From: Phoronis australis
Taxonomy: Eukaryota; Animalia; Phoronida
NCBI GenBank assembly: GCA_002633005.1
Contig: NMRA01000502.1
Location: 62,001 to 126,000 of the forward strand
Length of the DNA stretch: 64,000 bases
Direction of reading: 5' to 3'
Below are positions 52,337 through 64,000 of this stretch, piece after piece. Under the pieces are notes generated by a model that was not told where the DNA came from, made no database searches, and worked only from the letters and a program-made list of their open reading frames with translations. Each line of letters starts with the position of its first letter. Position 1 is the stretch's first letter. Both the position numbers and the translations under genes were made by a program.

Positions 52337-55300
52337 TAGACCGGGATCCCAGATCTTTTTTGGGCATGAACAAGTAACCAATTTTCTTTGGTGCCGCAGT
52401 GCTCTATGGGTATCCTGATGCTTGGAAATGGCCGTCTGGCAGGTTCGCTTTGGTGGGTGTGGTCAGGGGAGCCAAGAGAATGACACTCGAAAATTGAGCT
52501 ATATCAACTTTTATGGTAACCACTTCAAACTACCTTGGATACCAACTACGTCATCCACGGTATCAAAATTGGCTACTGCCAGACAATTTAAGTAGTGGGG
52601 ACTACCCGTCACACGAATATATACAGGGTACAAAAATTGAGGTAGATCAATCCAAGAGGTAACCGCTTGAAACCAGTGGAAAAATATTCACCGTAAGCCC
52701 AGGTACATGTATATCGCGAATGAATACTGCCAGACAAATCTAGCGGTGGGTTACCCCCGCCAGACACGCCCAAATACCAGAATTGAGCTAGATCAGTCAG
52801 GTAACCGTTTGAAACCAATTGCACGATGTTCAGCATTACTGAACATGGCACAAAAGTTAGATGCCAGACACTTTCTGTGGTAGGGTGCCCTTGCCAGACG
52901 ATCATTAAAAAGGGTTAGAATTGAGCTAGATCAATCCAAGAGGTAACCGCACGAAAACAGTTGCAAAATATTCACCGTAGCCCCGGATATCACGAATAAA
53001 CACTGTCAGACAAATCTAGTGGTGGGTTAGCCCCGCCAGACACGCCCAAATACCCGAGTTGAAGTAGATCAACCCACCAGGTAACCGTTTACTAACCATT
53101 TGCACGATGTTCAACATCACTGTTCATGGTGCAACAGCAAGATGGCAGGAGTAGAAAGAAAATTCATTATAAGTCCATTTACGCTGAATAAGCACTAAGT
53201 TGAGGAACCAAGCACCTTTTACATAAGGTGAGAGATTTTTGTCTGCAAGTTTATGTCAGGGCATGAAAAATCAGAAAAATTGCGCCTGATCGGTTGGAGC
53301 GACCTCACAAGTCTACGCGACATCAACGGAACACTCTACATGATATATTCTAATTCACAATTAAAAGAAAACCTTAAAATCCAAAGTACGCCAGATGGGG
53401 GAACGTTGTTTTACCAAAAATTGAAATTTGCAGACCCACAATTGCGCGAAGTGCTGAAAAACGGGAAGTTTTCAGTGAGACGTATTAGGACAACTTCAGT
53501 AGATCGGCTGTTGACCTCTCTTTGGAACAGTCCGTCAACAGGGATGCAGCATCGAGTATGTGAGGGATAGTGGCTTTCCGAAACTCAGAGAGTGCAATGC
53601 GTCGATGGTCCCTCTCTATGACACAAAGGGCAATCATTATGGCTATAACTGAACTTAGGACATTTGCAGGACTTGAAATCGGGGAGAATGCAGTTCTTCA
53701 AAAATCAAAAAAGATAACGAACAGATTGCATCACTCAGTGTCAAAATCGACAATTTCTGCAATCTGTTTGAGAACAATGATCCACCGAGTCTTGTTAATA
53801 TCCCAACTGGCCAAGCAGCATCCCAAGCAACGGAAGACTACCTGATCAATGTGCTGAGCCGAGGCCATGATGCGAGGGAAAAAGTCCAACAACAGGAATG
53901 GGAAAATGACAGCAGTAGGCTTCTGTGACCAGTTAAACGTACAGCTGTCCAAAATTTCGCAGCTGAAAGTGTGAAGAATAAAGCCAAGTCATCGGCATCC
54001 CAGAGAAACCAGACAGCCGCAGACAGTCTAAGAGATTTGTTCATACGCATAGCCGTAGTTGTAGCAGAGAGGGCAGATTTCGATCTTTGACAACTTCTCT
54101 CACATCCTGTCACACCTTATCCATTAGCACTTGCAATGGAGCGCTCGTCAAAACAGAAAAGTCTGCTTTACGGCAAAAACTTGAAAAGTTCCAAACAGAA
54201 CCTATAACAGATTAAGATTTTCTACACGACCACGTGAAGGTTTTTGATGGCGGACTTCTTCAACATTTAGTCATCTCACAGATGAGAATAGGTGCAACTT
54301 ACGAATCAGTTGCACGATCGGGGAGGGCAGGGGAAGCTCACTTGTGTCTAGTCAAGTACGTAGAAAACTCAAATAAGGACAGATAACTGAAACATCGCGG
54401 GGACTTTAATTTCATGTATGCCACAACAGGGCCTGATCAAACTATGCGACAGAGCTCACAAATAGTTCTGAACAACAGAGCGTTCAAGAATGAATTGGCG
54501 AAGTTCTTTTTGACGGAATGGAGAAAAGACCATTATTGGCATATGTTTGGTGGGAAAACCTTGTTTGTTTCCCACGGTGGTGACTGCTACCAGTTCTTTC
54601 CCGACGGTAACCATGGTGAAAAAACCTTCCCATCTTCAAGGTGTCCACGAGGAAGCGGATACGCAGATTGCGTTCTACGTTGCAAACATCACAATCGGTC
54701 ATGTTATGGTGAGGGCTTCAGATACAGATGTTTTAGTAATCTTGCTTGGTACACTCGGACAACAGCGGCGAGAAATAAGATCCACGACCAACGTTGTCAT
54801 GGACTGTGGGATAGGAAATAACAGAAGATTTATCAACATTTCCGACATAGCAAACGTTCTTGAAGAGCGTATGTACGGAAGAGCGTACATGTATGTACGG
54901 ACTTGAAAGAGCAATGTCTGGATACCATGCCTTCACTGGATGTGACTACACATCTGCCTTTTATAGGTATGTTATCGAAATCTTTATTATTGCAGTAGTG
55001 ACAACAATTGAGTGAATACGATTACAGTGAGGAGAACTGATTGAATTCGATTAGCTGTGATTACGTCTGCCATGTAAATGAAGTCTAAGTAACGTATAAT
55101 GGTTGCCTCCTTTAAATAAAAAAACATTTCTATTATGAATTAGTTGTACACGTCATTCCTTATTTTCCAGAAAAGGCAACATCAAGCACTTGGACATTAC
55201 TGAAAGTGATGAAAGGTTCATCAATATGTGCACTAGCTTTGGAGATGTGCATGGCAGCATCAATGTCGGTTTAGTCGCTGATTTCGTATGTCACGTGTAC

Positions 55301-57095
55301 GCAAAAAGTAAGCTTAAAGATGCTAACGAGGCCCGGTTCGTCAAACTTATGGACATGGTATGTAGTGCTAACCTGTAAACAATATAAATATTCGATCTGA
55401 TAATTTTTAACTACCATCAAAGTCAGCTACGCTTATATTTTTTAATTTCCTTTCAAGAGAATCCACTTGCAAATTTAAAACGAACTGACTGTGCGTTGCT
55501 CCCACCTTTTCTCCGTAGTCTGCAGATGAAGATTTCCCGTCACAGCGCTATGGACCCGTGCCGCGACAGCATATCCCGGGGATGGACTGACACCAACTGA
55601 TTATTGTTGGCATGCAACTGAAACTCACACACTTCTGCCAGTTTGGTTTGAGGGGTCCATTATCCCTGGCATATTGTTCAGTTCGAATGCAGAAGTCAAC
55701 AATAGTAACCTTGGGAATGAAACAACCAACATTAGAGATAGTTCTTCTGAAGAACTTTTTGTGTTTGTTCCCCATGTATGGTGTTCTCCAAAAGGAAGAA
55801 AAAACCTTCATGACACCTCACGTTTGGTTCATATAGTCCTCTTAAAGCTGTAACGTAAATAAAACAATCTGTTTATGTTGAGAACTTGTTATTCACATGG
55901 CTCGGGAATAACAAGTTCTAATAGTTTTTCAGTTAAGTTAGTTTGATAAGCACGTTGTTTGCCCGACACAGATATTCGGACAATAGAACTGTTCGCTTTA
56001 TGTCTTCAAGGTGCAATTAAACACGTTCAAATTGATTATATATGGATAAGGTATACGGTGCTCAAACAACCCTTGTGACGACCCCAAGGATTCATATTGG
56101 GTGAAGGGGTATGCAATCATTTTGTATTATCTTTTTTGGAAATCGTGACTGGTTTGCAGTTAAACTACATGTAAATAAAGCTTCTTTCACCAATTTATCT
56201 TTATTATTACTAGAGTATGTGCATTTGATTAGGAAGAGTGGGGCATTTAATAAAAGGTCAACCGGGCATGTACCAAATCTACACTTGATACTGCCCCACA
56301 ACGTTGTTGCATGTGGAGTGTTGATGGGTATTATACAAATGGTTTCAAACGGTTACCTGGTGGGTTGATCAACCTCAACTCGGGTATTTGGGCGTGTCTG
56401 GCGGGGATAACCCACCACTAGATTTGTCTGGCAATGCTTATTCGTGATACCCGGGGCTACGGTGAATATTTTGCAACCGGTTTCGTGCGGTTACCTCTTG
56501 GATTCATCTAGCTCAATTTTAGCCCTTTTTGATAATCGTCTGGGAAGGGCACTCCACCGCAGAAAGTGTCTGGCATCTAACTTTTGTGCCATGTTCAGTG
56601 ATGCTGAACATCGTGCAATTAGTTTCAAACGGTTACCTGATGGGTTGATCTAGCTCAATTCTGGTATTTGGGCGTGTCTGGCGGGGGTAAACCACTACTA
56701 GATTGGTCTGTCAGTGTTCATTCGTGATACCTGGGCTTACGGTGAATATATTGCCACTGGTTTCAAGCGGTTACCTCTTGGATTGATCTAGCTCAATTTT
56801 TGTACCCTGCATATGTTCGTCTGGCGGGTAGTCCCCACCACTGAAAGTGTCTGGAAGTGGCATATTTTGATACAGTAGATTACGTAGTAGGTATCCAAGG
56901 CAGTTTGAAGTGGTTACCAGAAAACTTGATCTAGCTCAATTTCCGAGTGTCATTCTCTTGGCTCCCCTGACCACACCCACCACAGCGAACCTGCCAGACG
57001 GCCATTTCCTAGCATCAACACACCCATAGAGCACTGTGGCACCAAAGAAAATTGGTTACTTTTTTATGCCCAAAAAGCTCTGGGATCCCGGTCTA
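52337..57095 (+). mobile_element. Academ-superfamily DNA transposon (decayed, probably internally deleted)
   Basis: 5'-TAGACCGGGATCCCAGA ... TCTGGGATCCCGGTCTA-3', 3-bp TSD ATT/ATT, ~765-bp TIRs with internal ~284-bp units. Frameshifted protein shows XPG/PIN-like motifs HEEADT, DTDV, HAFTGCDYTSAFYRKG and LLPP. Confidence 0.9.
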
Positions 57096-59103
57096 ATTTT
57101 TTGAGATTTGATCTATGTCTGACCTGACCTAATTACCCGTAGACACTATACGTCGGAGGAAGGAGCTGCATTAAATAACCGCAGGGATTGGCAAGACACG
57201 AGGGAACAAGATGGCTGACAATGAGAAAAAGCGCAAGATAAGAGGACCTTTACCTAAACTAAACGACTCAGACAGAAAGAATAGAAGGAAAGACGTGCAA
57301 CTGAAACTAATTAAAAACTGACGCATTGATATGGGCACAGAGTACGACCGCTAGGAATTTCTCAGAAGAAAACTGCGTACTATTACCAGTCAGTAATAAT
57401 TTGTTCTGTCCTGCTTATATACCTCGGTATTTATTGGGACAAACGTTGGTTTTTGGGGGGAAATGCGACAGCATAACTTCAGGAAGATGACTCAACTTTG
57501 CTATGGAATGATCTTTAATAATGTGAAAACTTTCTTGTAATTATCTTGTTTGCCAAAAATTATCAAAATTACGCCTACTTATCACCATATATTGATGGCT
57601 TGTTTGCGGTTGATTTCTTGAAATGCTAACAGAAATTTCGAAGCCGTGTTAAGCCTTCTTCACGATTGTACCACCGATCCAACTGCCCACAGTGGAGACA
57701 GTAGTTGTCGCAAAGGCCCTCCATATGCCGGAAGCTATTTGACAAATTGTGTCAAACTGATTGATGTCCAACTCTTCCCAGCTTGAACAAATACAGTGAG
57801 ATTTTTTTCTAACTGTTCTTCCTTCTGTTATCAAAGTCATGAACTGACCATTTCTGGGACCTGACCCATTTCGGTTTTGATAGCATCACTGATAAAACAT
57901 TTTGAAATCACATCAAGGACGACCTCTGTGAAGGAGTAAACCAATCACTTACGCACTACATGTACACTGGTGATCAACCAGAGTTTGCTAGCGCTTAAAA
58001 CTTGGGCGCCAGGGTTGCAGCTCGCATAGAAATGGTACTGTTGACAAACAAAAAACATAATGGAAAGAAATCATAATTACCAAAATACTTGTTCCAGTTG
58101 AAAGGAACTAAAGACACCAAGAGCCTTCTAAAGTGCCCATCCATTTGATGGTTTAGACTGTGCGAGACACTATTTGCTTCCTGTGCTGGCTCACATCAGG
58201 CGGTGGTTCTGTTTTACTGGAAAGCCTTGATTTTTAAACTTACGGTACACCTAGCACTTGCATAGTACGTAAAGTCGTGTCTCATGGGTTGATAGCCTTG
58301 TTTGCCTTGTTGCATCTTATGCCACTGCCGACCTATGTTCATGTATTTTGACGTAAAGTTGTAAATTATAATCCGAGAGATTAAAAGCCTACCTTCTTGA
58401 AAGAAGTTTAGTCACGAAAAATCGAATCTCCCGTCATTCATAAATCGTTTCCGTAAGTACCCTCAGTATTGAACCAATGAGGTGTACATAGGATAGAAAG
58501 ATGTCGCGGTAAACAAATCCTGAGGGAGTTGGTGCGTCTGCATGCATACGACAGTTGATAACGAATGAAACGAGTCCGAGTATCCGCACCGCCTCTGTCA
58601 CTTTGTGTTCAAGAACACACCGAGTTGTGAAAAGAAACAAATCTTCACACAAATTCATTAATTTTATCGGTAATTTGACATTTTGCTGTTTTGGTATCGG
58701 GTTCACACCACTGACTCAGTTTCTGCTGTACCGGCAATTTTACATTAGGCTCCTCGGTGCGTGGTGAGTTCACCATGAACTGTTGACCTACTGAACAGCC
58801 TTGACCTAGTTGCCTCGAGGCACATTCACAAAATTAAAACGCTTTATTGATAGTTAAGTTAATTACGCACTGCAAATTCAGTTGAAATTGCAAGAGAATG
58901 TTGAAACAGCGAACATGGTTGAGGCATGTACCGGGATACATGAAATGCATCGTTCACACAGACTCCGTCTCCCCCGCTCCACTACAGATATTCCTTTCCA
59001 CCGTTTCAGCCCTATCTTGGTCCCAGGTAGTGCACCGGCCCTGTATTTAGATTCGAGGTGTTCTATTTTTTCTCGGACGCGGAAGGAGGGAGGTCAGTTT
59101 CAT

Positions 59104-59563
59104 CCATTGCCAACACCGTAACTCTATGCAAGAGTCTATTAAAATGCAAGCCGTTACTTGCTTGTAACTCACTGTGACTCATATTGCTACAATACGTTAT
59201 ACACCGTAACACCCTTCAACAAGCCCACAATGAGACGACCTTTTCTTAGAGCAACGAGAACAAGTAGGAAGTCACGAGACCTGGGAGTTCTGGGATAGCG
59301 TACTTTCATTTGAGGCTGCCATTTTGTAAATTCGGCTTAAAATACAGATTGACGTCCGTCTGGAAGACGAATATAAGCGAAAAAATTAGCAACAAGAGTA
59401 TAAACATCGATTTGTTCCTGGGGCGAGAAGTAACACGCATATAGGAATCGTTGAAGAGTATTACGGTGTATAATGTATTGTAGTAATATGTTACAGTGAG
59501 TTACAAGCAAGTAACGGGTTGCATTTTAATAGACTCCTGGACAGAGTTACGGTGTTGGGAACG
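59104..59563. mobile_element. Hairpin MITE, ~115-bp TIRs
   Basis: CCAACACCGTAACTCTATGCAAGAGTCTATTAAAATGCAA.. / ..TTGCATTTTAATAGACTCCTGGACAGAGTTACGGTGTTGG. Confidence 0.85.
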
Positions 59564-62500
59564 GGTGTCAGTTTCGAACTGGCTTTGGTGCCGTAAGTCC
59601 GTCAGCTTAATTTCACTCCCTCCCGCTTTCGCCTCATATATACTTCTTCGAGCCTGTCGCCGTCAATGATGACGTCATTAAAATTGAACTTTTCCATAAT
59701 TAAATGTAATTATTTACCGATGTTGGGAAATTGGAGTTCTACCGTTTTTTGCTAATAAAATTGACATGGGCTCTTTTGGTCGGCTTTCGGCGCCATTGTG
59801 TCAACTATTGGCCAACTTCCACGACTCTTCAATCACCTGTTTTTCTCTTCGACGAGGTTGCGTACATGTCATAACAGTCGCAACTGATTTCATTTCGTTA
59901 CAGTTTTTTAGTGTTTAATACCAGAAAACCAAAATTCCGTAGAGATATCGCAAAATTTCAGTAGGAAATGGCGCATGCACGTGTCACGAACGCATGGTTT
60001 TCAAAACGACGACAGACCTTCGTTGTTACAAAAGGCGAAGAATTACGCCAGAATGATCTATATTATATTTTTTTCACTTACACGGCTACAAGAGGCAAGG
60101 TGAGTTTCGGTTGATCCCAAAGATTCTGCAAGCACCCCTGCTGGTCGTTAGCTCTACATATCGATATGAGTTTCACGACGAGGTGACCAGCTGAGCTACC
60201 CTAGTAGTATGAAGTTTCGGTGTTTTACGGAGCTCAAAACACATCTACAAAGTTATAAGTTGATGATAATCTTCATACAGCTACCTGGATTTCTATCTTA
60301 ACATGCACGTTCATGATGTGACTTTTTAAATACATTGTATACTTTGTGTTCCATGGCAGAATATTTAATGCTTCCTTAGTTTTCATATAAAATAATGGCT
60401 GATTTCCATACATTACGTTACGGCAGGGTCAAATGTTCTGGAAAAAAATATTTCCACTGCCTATGGAAAGAATCCCGCAGCCGCACACCCTGCCTATATC
60501 TGACAGAGTTTCTGATTGATGCCTTAAAATACAACAGTCTCTTCAAGAAATATCCCAGTCTCTTAATTGCGATGAACACTAATGGTCACTTGAAGGTGTT
60601 GTTCTTTCCCTTCGGCATTTCCCATATACTAGTTGCTACCCGTGCTTAAGCACAGGTAACGGCTAGTACATGTAGGTTATATTGACCAAAAACAAGTTTT
60701 CACTGATTTGATACCTATTTTGAATACAGTGAGCGGGAGATGCAATGGAGACGATTGCCAAGATCTGAATGCCTATCCACATAGCCTTGGAGTTTGACGG
60801 GATAGCCTAATTATTTTATTTTATTCCAAAATATGGTTAACCCGACAAATACATGTACGTTGCAAAAGCTGATATTACTAAGTGCAACTATGTACCTGAT
60901 AACGTCGCTAAGTTATAAAAAATAATTGCAGGCGGTCTGATACACGTTGTATCAGACGTGCGCAGGCCTCGCATGTGGGCCCATTGCACTGATCACCTGG
61001 AAATATTTTTCTGTCACTAAGTTGCTAAGTGATATCTTTCAAGGCGCCGAAAGCTAACGCATATGATCTCCACAAAACTTTACTAGCAGAATAACGGCGG
61101 AACGCCATCTTTTCAAACACTGGTAAATAATTTAGTTTACTCCAGGAGTAGTGTTAGTTTTTACTGACAATGATTTAGTGTCAGATTTTATGTGGCCAGC
61201 TTTTTCACCCACATCGGCGCAAAGCTGATTTACTTAACGGATGTAGTCATGAAATAAAACCATTACTGACTTTCACATATGTCAATGTGTAGGTTTTCAG
61301 ATCCCAAAGCTTTGCCTCGGCCATTATCACAGTTTAGGGTATAAAAGCCCAAATTTTGAAAGCCAGTAATTGTTTAATTCTTCCGTGCCGACAAAATGGT
61401 GAAAAAGTCAAAAGACCGGGGTAAAGCTCAGTAACGCTAGGACCTACGCTATGACCTTCCTAAACTCTAGCCAAGATCAGGTGTTCTCATTTGAAATACA
61501 TGGCAATACACTGTATCTCATGCAATCTCGCAAAGTCTCGTTTTTAGCGAGGTCCTTGCGTTACTGAACTGTACCCAGACGATGAATAATACAATTTTAA
61601 TAGCTCATCACTAAATTGATTTCAAGCTATATTTCTAACTGCACAATCATACTGGTGTACGTTACGGCGTCAAGCAAGGGTGTTCTCCACGACCCGCTTT
61701 GTTGAGAACTACGTAGACCAATCCAGACAGGAAACTTCAATCCGAAGAAACATGCCTGAAGGGACAAGAAATAGAGAATGTTAACAAAACAATTTCGACA
61801 AAACATGTTGGACCGTTCCGTCTCTTTCTATTACGCGGCCGCTACCGCCGTCTCCGTTATACTACTTCTTTTAACACTACTACTACCACAAGGGCTATTA
61901 CTGTCTCCATTATGTGGATACTACGACAGCGGCAACGACGATTCAATGTAGAAAACGCATTGTGAGGCTCATTTAGTTTTCCAAAGGCAAAGTTTCTCAC
62001 TCAGTCAAGTTCAATCGTAAAAAAACGTTTTATCGCCACTCACTTGCTGGCGGCTTTTGCGTCACTACTTCGACTACCATGACCTCCACCCGCTCTACAA
62101 CCACTGCGAGTTCCCCCACCACCACAGATACCATGACCACTAGAACCATTACACTATCTGCCATGATTATGAAATTACTTTTGCTGAAACAACTGTTGCT
62201 GGTAATTGCTTCTGGAGATGCTAGTACTAATCCTAATCCAAACGACATAGACACGTGCAGCACGTTCGATCTGGGTTGTCTCACGACTAGACTAACCAAG
62301 ATCACTGGACCATATTTGAAATACACGGCAACATGTCACATAATCTGTCGAAGTCTTGCCATTTAGCAAGGCCCTAGCATTACTGAACTCTACTCTGTTC
62401 AAGAATTTCACCAAAGGTTGAACTGCCGCTGTTCACAGGTGATAAGCATAAACGGACCAATTCACTTAGCCACTTTTACCTTATGTCTAATCCATTCATT

Positions 62501-63444
62501 TTCAGTGTCATTTAGCGGTGTAGCCAAGTGACCTCCAAATGTTTGGCAATGCTTCTGTGCTGTGGCGTAATCGACACCTTCGCTGTCTTCAAACGCGTAC
62601 TGGAATTCATTGTAATCCAGGATACAGGCTGAAAATATTCAAGTTTGGTTTAAGTTGGCCTCGATTTCTCACAGGCGATTTTTCAGATTCGGCTTATTGG
62701 AGTGTGTATACAGATCGACTCATTGAGCTAAACAGACGAATACGACTTCTCCGTTGCTTAAATAAAACATGTCAGGTTTTATTTTGGTTTTCTAGAATCT
62801 AAGGAGACTGATGGCCTACTGCTGGCCGTTATTTGAGACAGGACACCGAGTAATGAAGTGGTGTGAATGAATTACACTACTGATAAACAGTACCCGCACA
62901 CGGGAGACCCGTGAATTCTCTAATTCAGCAAACGGCACACCGCTCCCGGAATAGTATCACTTCCTCACGATGAATTATGCACAGTTGGTCTTTTCGAGCT
63001 AAACCGTCTCATACCACTTGCCCATTGATTAAACGGAATATGTTACATTTTATTTGTATTTTCTGGACATTAAGGAGGCAGCTGGCCAATCACTGCCCAT
63101 TTTTAAACAGGAACCCAATGAAATGGCCTATCGGGAAAGTCTCTGTTTCGTTTGCTCAAGGCTGTGGGTTTAAGTCTCACTTGCTTCGGCATATTTCTAG
63201 ACCCTAGAGTCAGGTCTACAGCTCCTTTAACTATATATCAATAGAGCATAAAAATGGCGCCAGGTGTTCAGTGCAATGGACCCACTTTCGGGGCGTGCGC
63301 AACGTGAACCACACCGCCTATTTTTTAATGAAATAGTGTTAATGGATTACACCACCAATCACAAGTACCCGCATAGGAACGGCCCGAGAATTCTGTCAAT
63401 CAGCAACGTCACAGCACTCTCGAAATAGCATCAATTTAACACAA

Positions 63445-64000
63445 AATCGTATACGATTTATCAAAATATGTAGATAGTGGTCCAAATGTCGTATACGGTA
63501 GATCGAAATTTGTAAATAGTGGTCAAAAGACTTATGCTTACACGATTTATCAAAATATATATATAGCGGTCCAAAATTCAGGGTGGTCCAAAAGTCATAA
63601 ACTATTCCTACATGTAAATATCTGTAAATGGTGGTAAATGTCGCATACGATTAATCAAAAAATGTAGATAGTGATCCAAAAGTCTTATGCGATCTTTCAA
63701 GATCTGTAAATAGTGATCCAAAAGTCTTATGCGATTTATCAAGATCTGTAACTAGTGGTCCAAATGTCGTATGCAATTTATAAAAACATAGTGATCCAAA
63801 AGTAGTAAACGATAAATTAAAATATGTAAATAGTTGTCCAAAAGCCGTACGCCAATTATCAAAATATGTAGACAGCGTTTCAAACGTTGTATATTATTCG
63901 TCAAAACATGTATTAGTATAGTAGTATGCGATTAATCAAAACGTGTGAAAATGGTCCAAAAGTAGTATACGAAGTCGTATAGAAAGTTGTATGCGCAAAG
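63445..64000. repeat. Diverged ~42-bp tandem minisatellite running off the window end
   Basis: Recurring unit close to CGTATACGATTTATCAAAATATGTAGATAGTGGTCCAAAAGT. Confidence 0.9.

Noticed and set aside
60416-60522. Missing middle exon of lectin gene B (minus strand, ASIRNSV..)
   Set aside because: Splice sites are plausible, but there is an in-frame TAA, no WIG-like motif and weak similarity to the paralogous exons.
62170-62245. LLLVIASGDASTNPNP as a 2A-like ribosome-skipping peptide or signal peptide
   Set aside because: It lacks the required D[VI]ExNPGP residues, and the segment overlaps the decayed end of a MITE copy (family at 4731 and 61425).
62060-62450. Thr-rich stalk plus WSC-like Cys pattern (LGC..C..C..CxC)
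   Set aside because: 62290-62390 aligns at DNA level with the MITE at 61470-61570, the frame has a stop, and the Thr run is low-complexity ACN sequence.
63445-64000. CRISPR-like regularly spaced repeats
   Set aside because: Contiguous diverged tandem units without unique spacers, no cas genes, eukaryotic context.

Overview
AT-rich, intron-rich animal genomic DNA, probably a marine invertebrate (taxon is inferred). Most entries in the six-frame ORF track are spurious or partial exons. By reading splice sites and frames I assembled four genes. (1) FN3 and EGF exons of a probably decaying extracellular gene at 2.5-6 kb (+). (2) A four-exon, highly divergent FABP/iLBP-like gene at 6524-15248 (+). 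(3) A complete 8-exon, 349-aa secreted lectin at 21035-36436 (+): signal peptide, degenerate C-type lectin domain (CTLD), EPN/WND CTLD, and a Cys-rich PAN/apple-like tail. (4) Its tail-to-tail paralog at 40316 to about 51581 (-), with the 5' end unresolved. Introns and intergenic DNA carry an Academ transposon (TAG..CTA ends, ATT TSD), a THAP-bearing TTAA Kolobok-like element, a 4.9-kb TTAA fold-back element with ~2-kb arms, three LINE relics, Helentron/HINE-like satellite elements, MITEs, satellites and two assembly gaps. Three unexplained signals stand out. First, at least 38 TACATGTA octamers; comparing repeat copies shows that several of them, and the variant TACACTGTA, are insertions at TA, as expected for Tc1/mariner excision footprints. 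Second, a ~145-bp satellite with one co-oriented CTCF-consensus motif per monomer. Third, the giant intronic hairpin. All calls were made by eye; no database searches were run.
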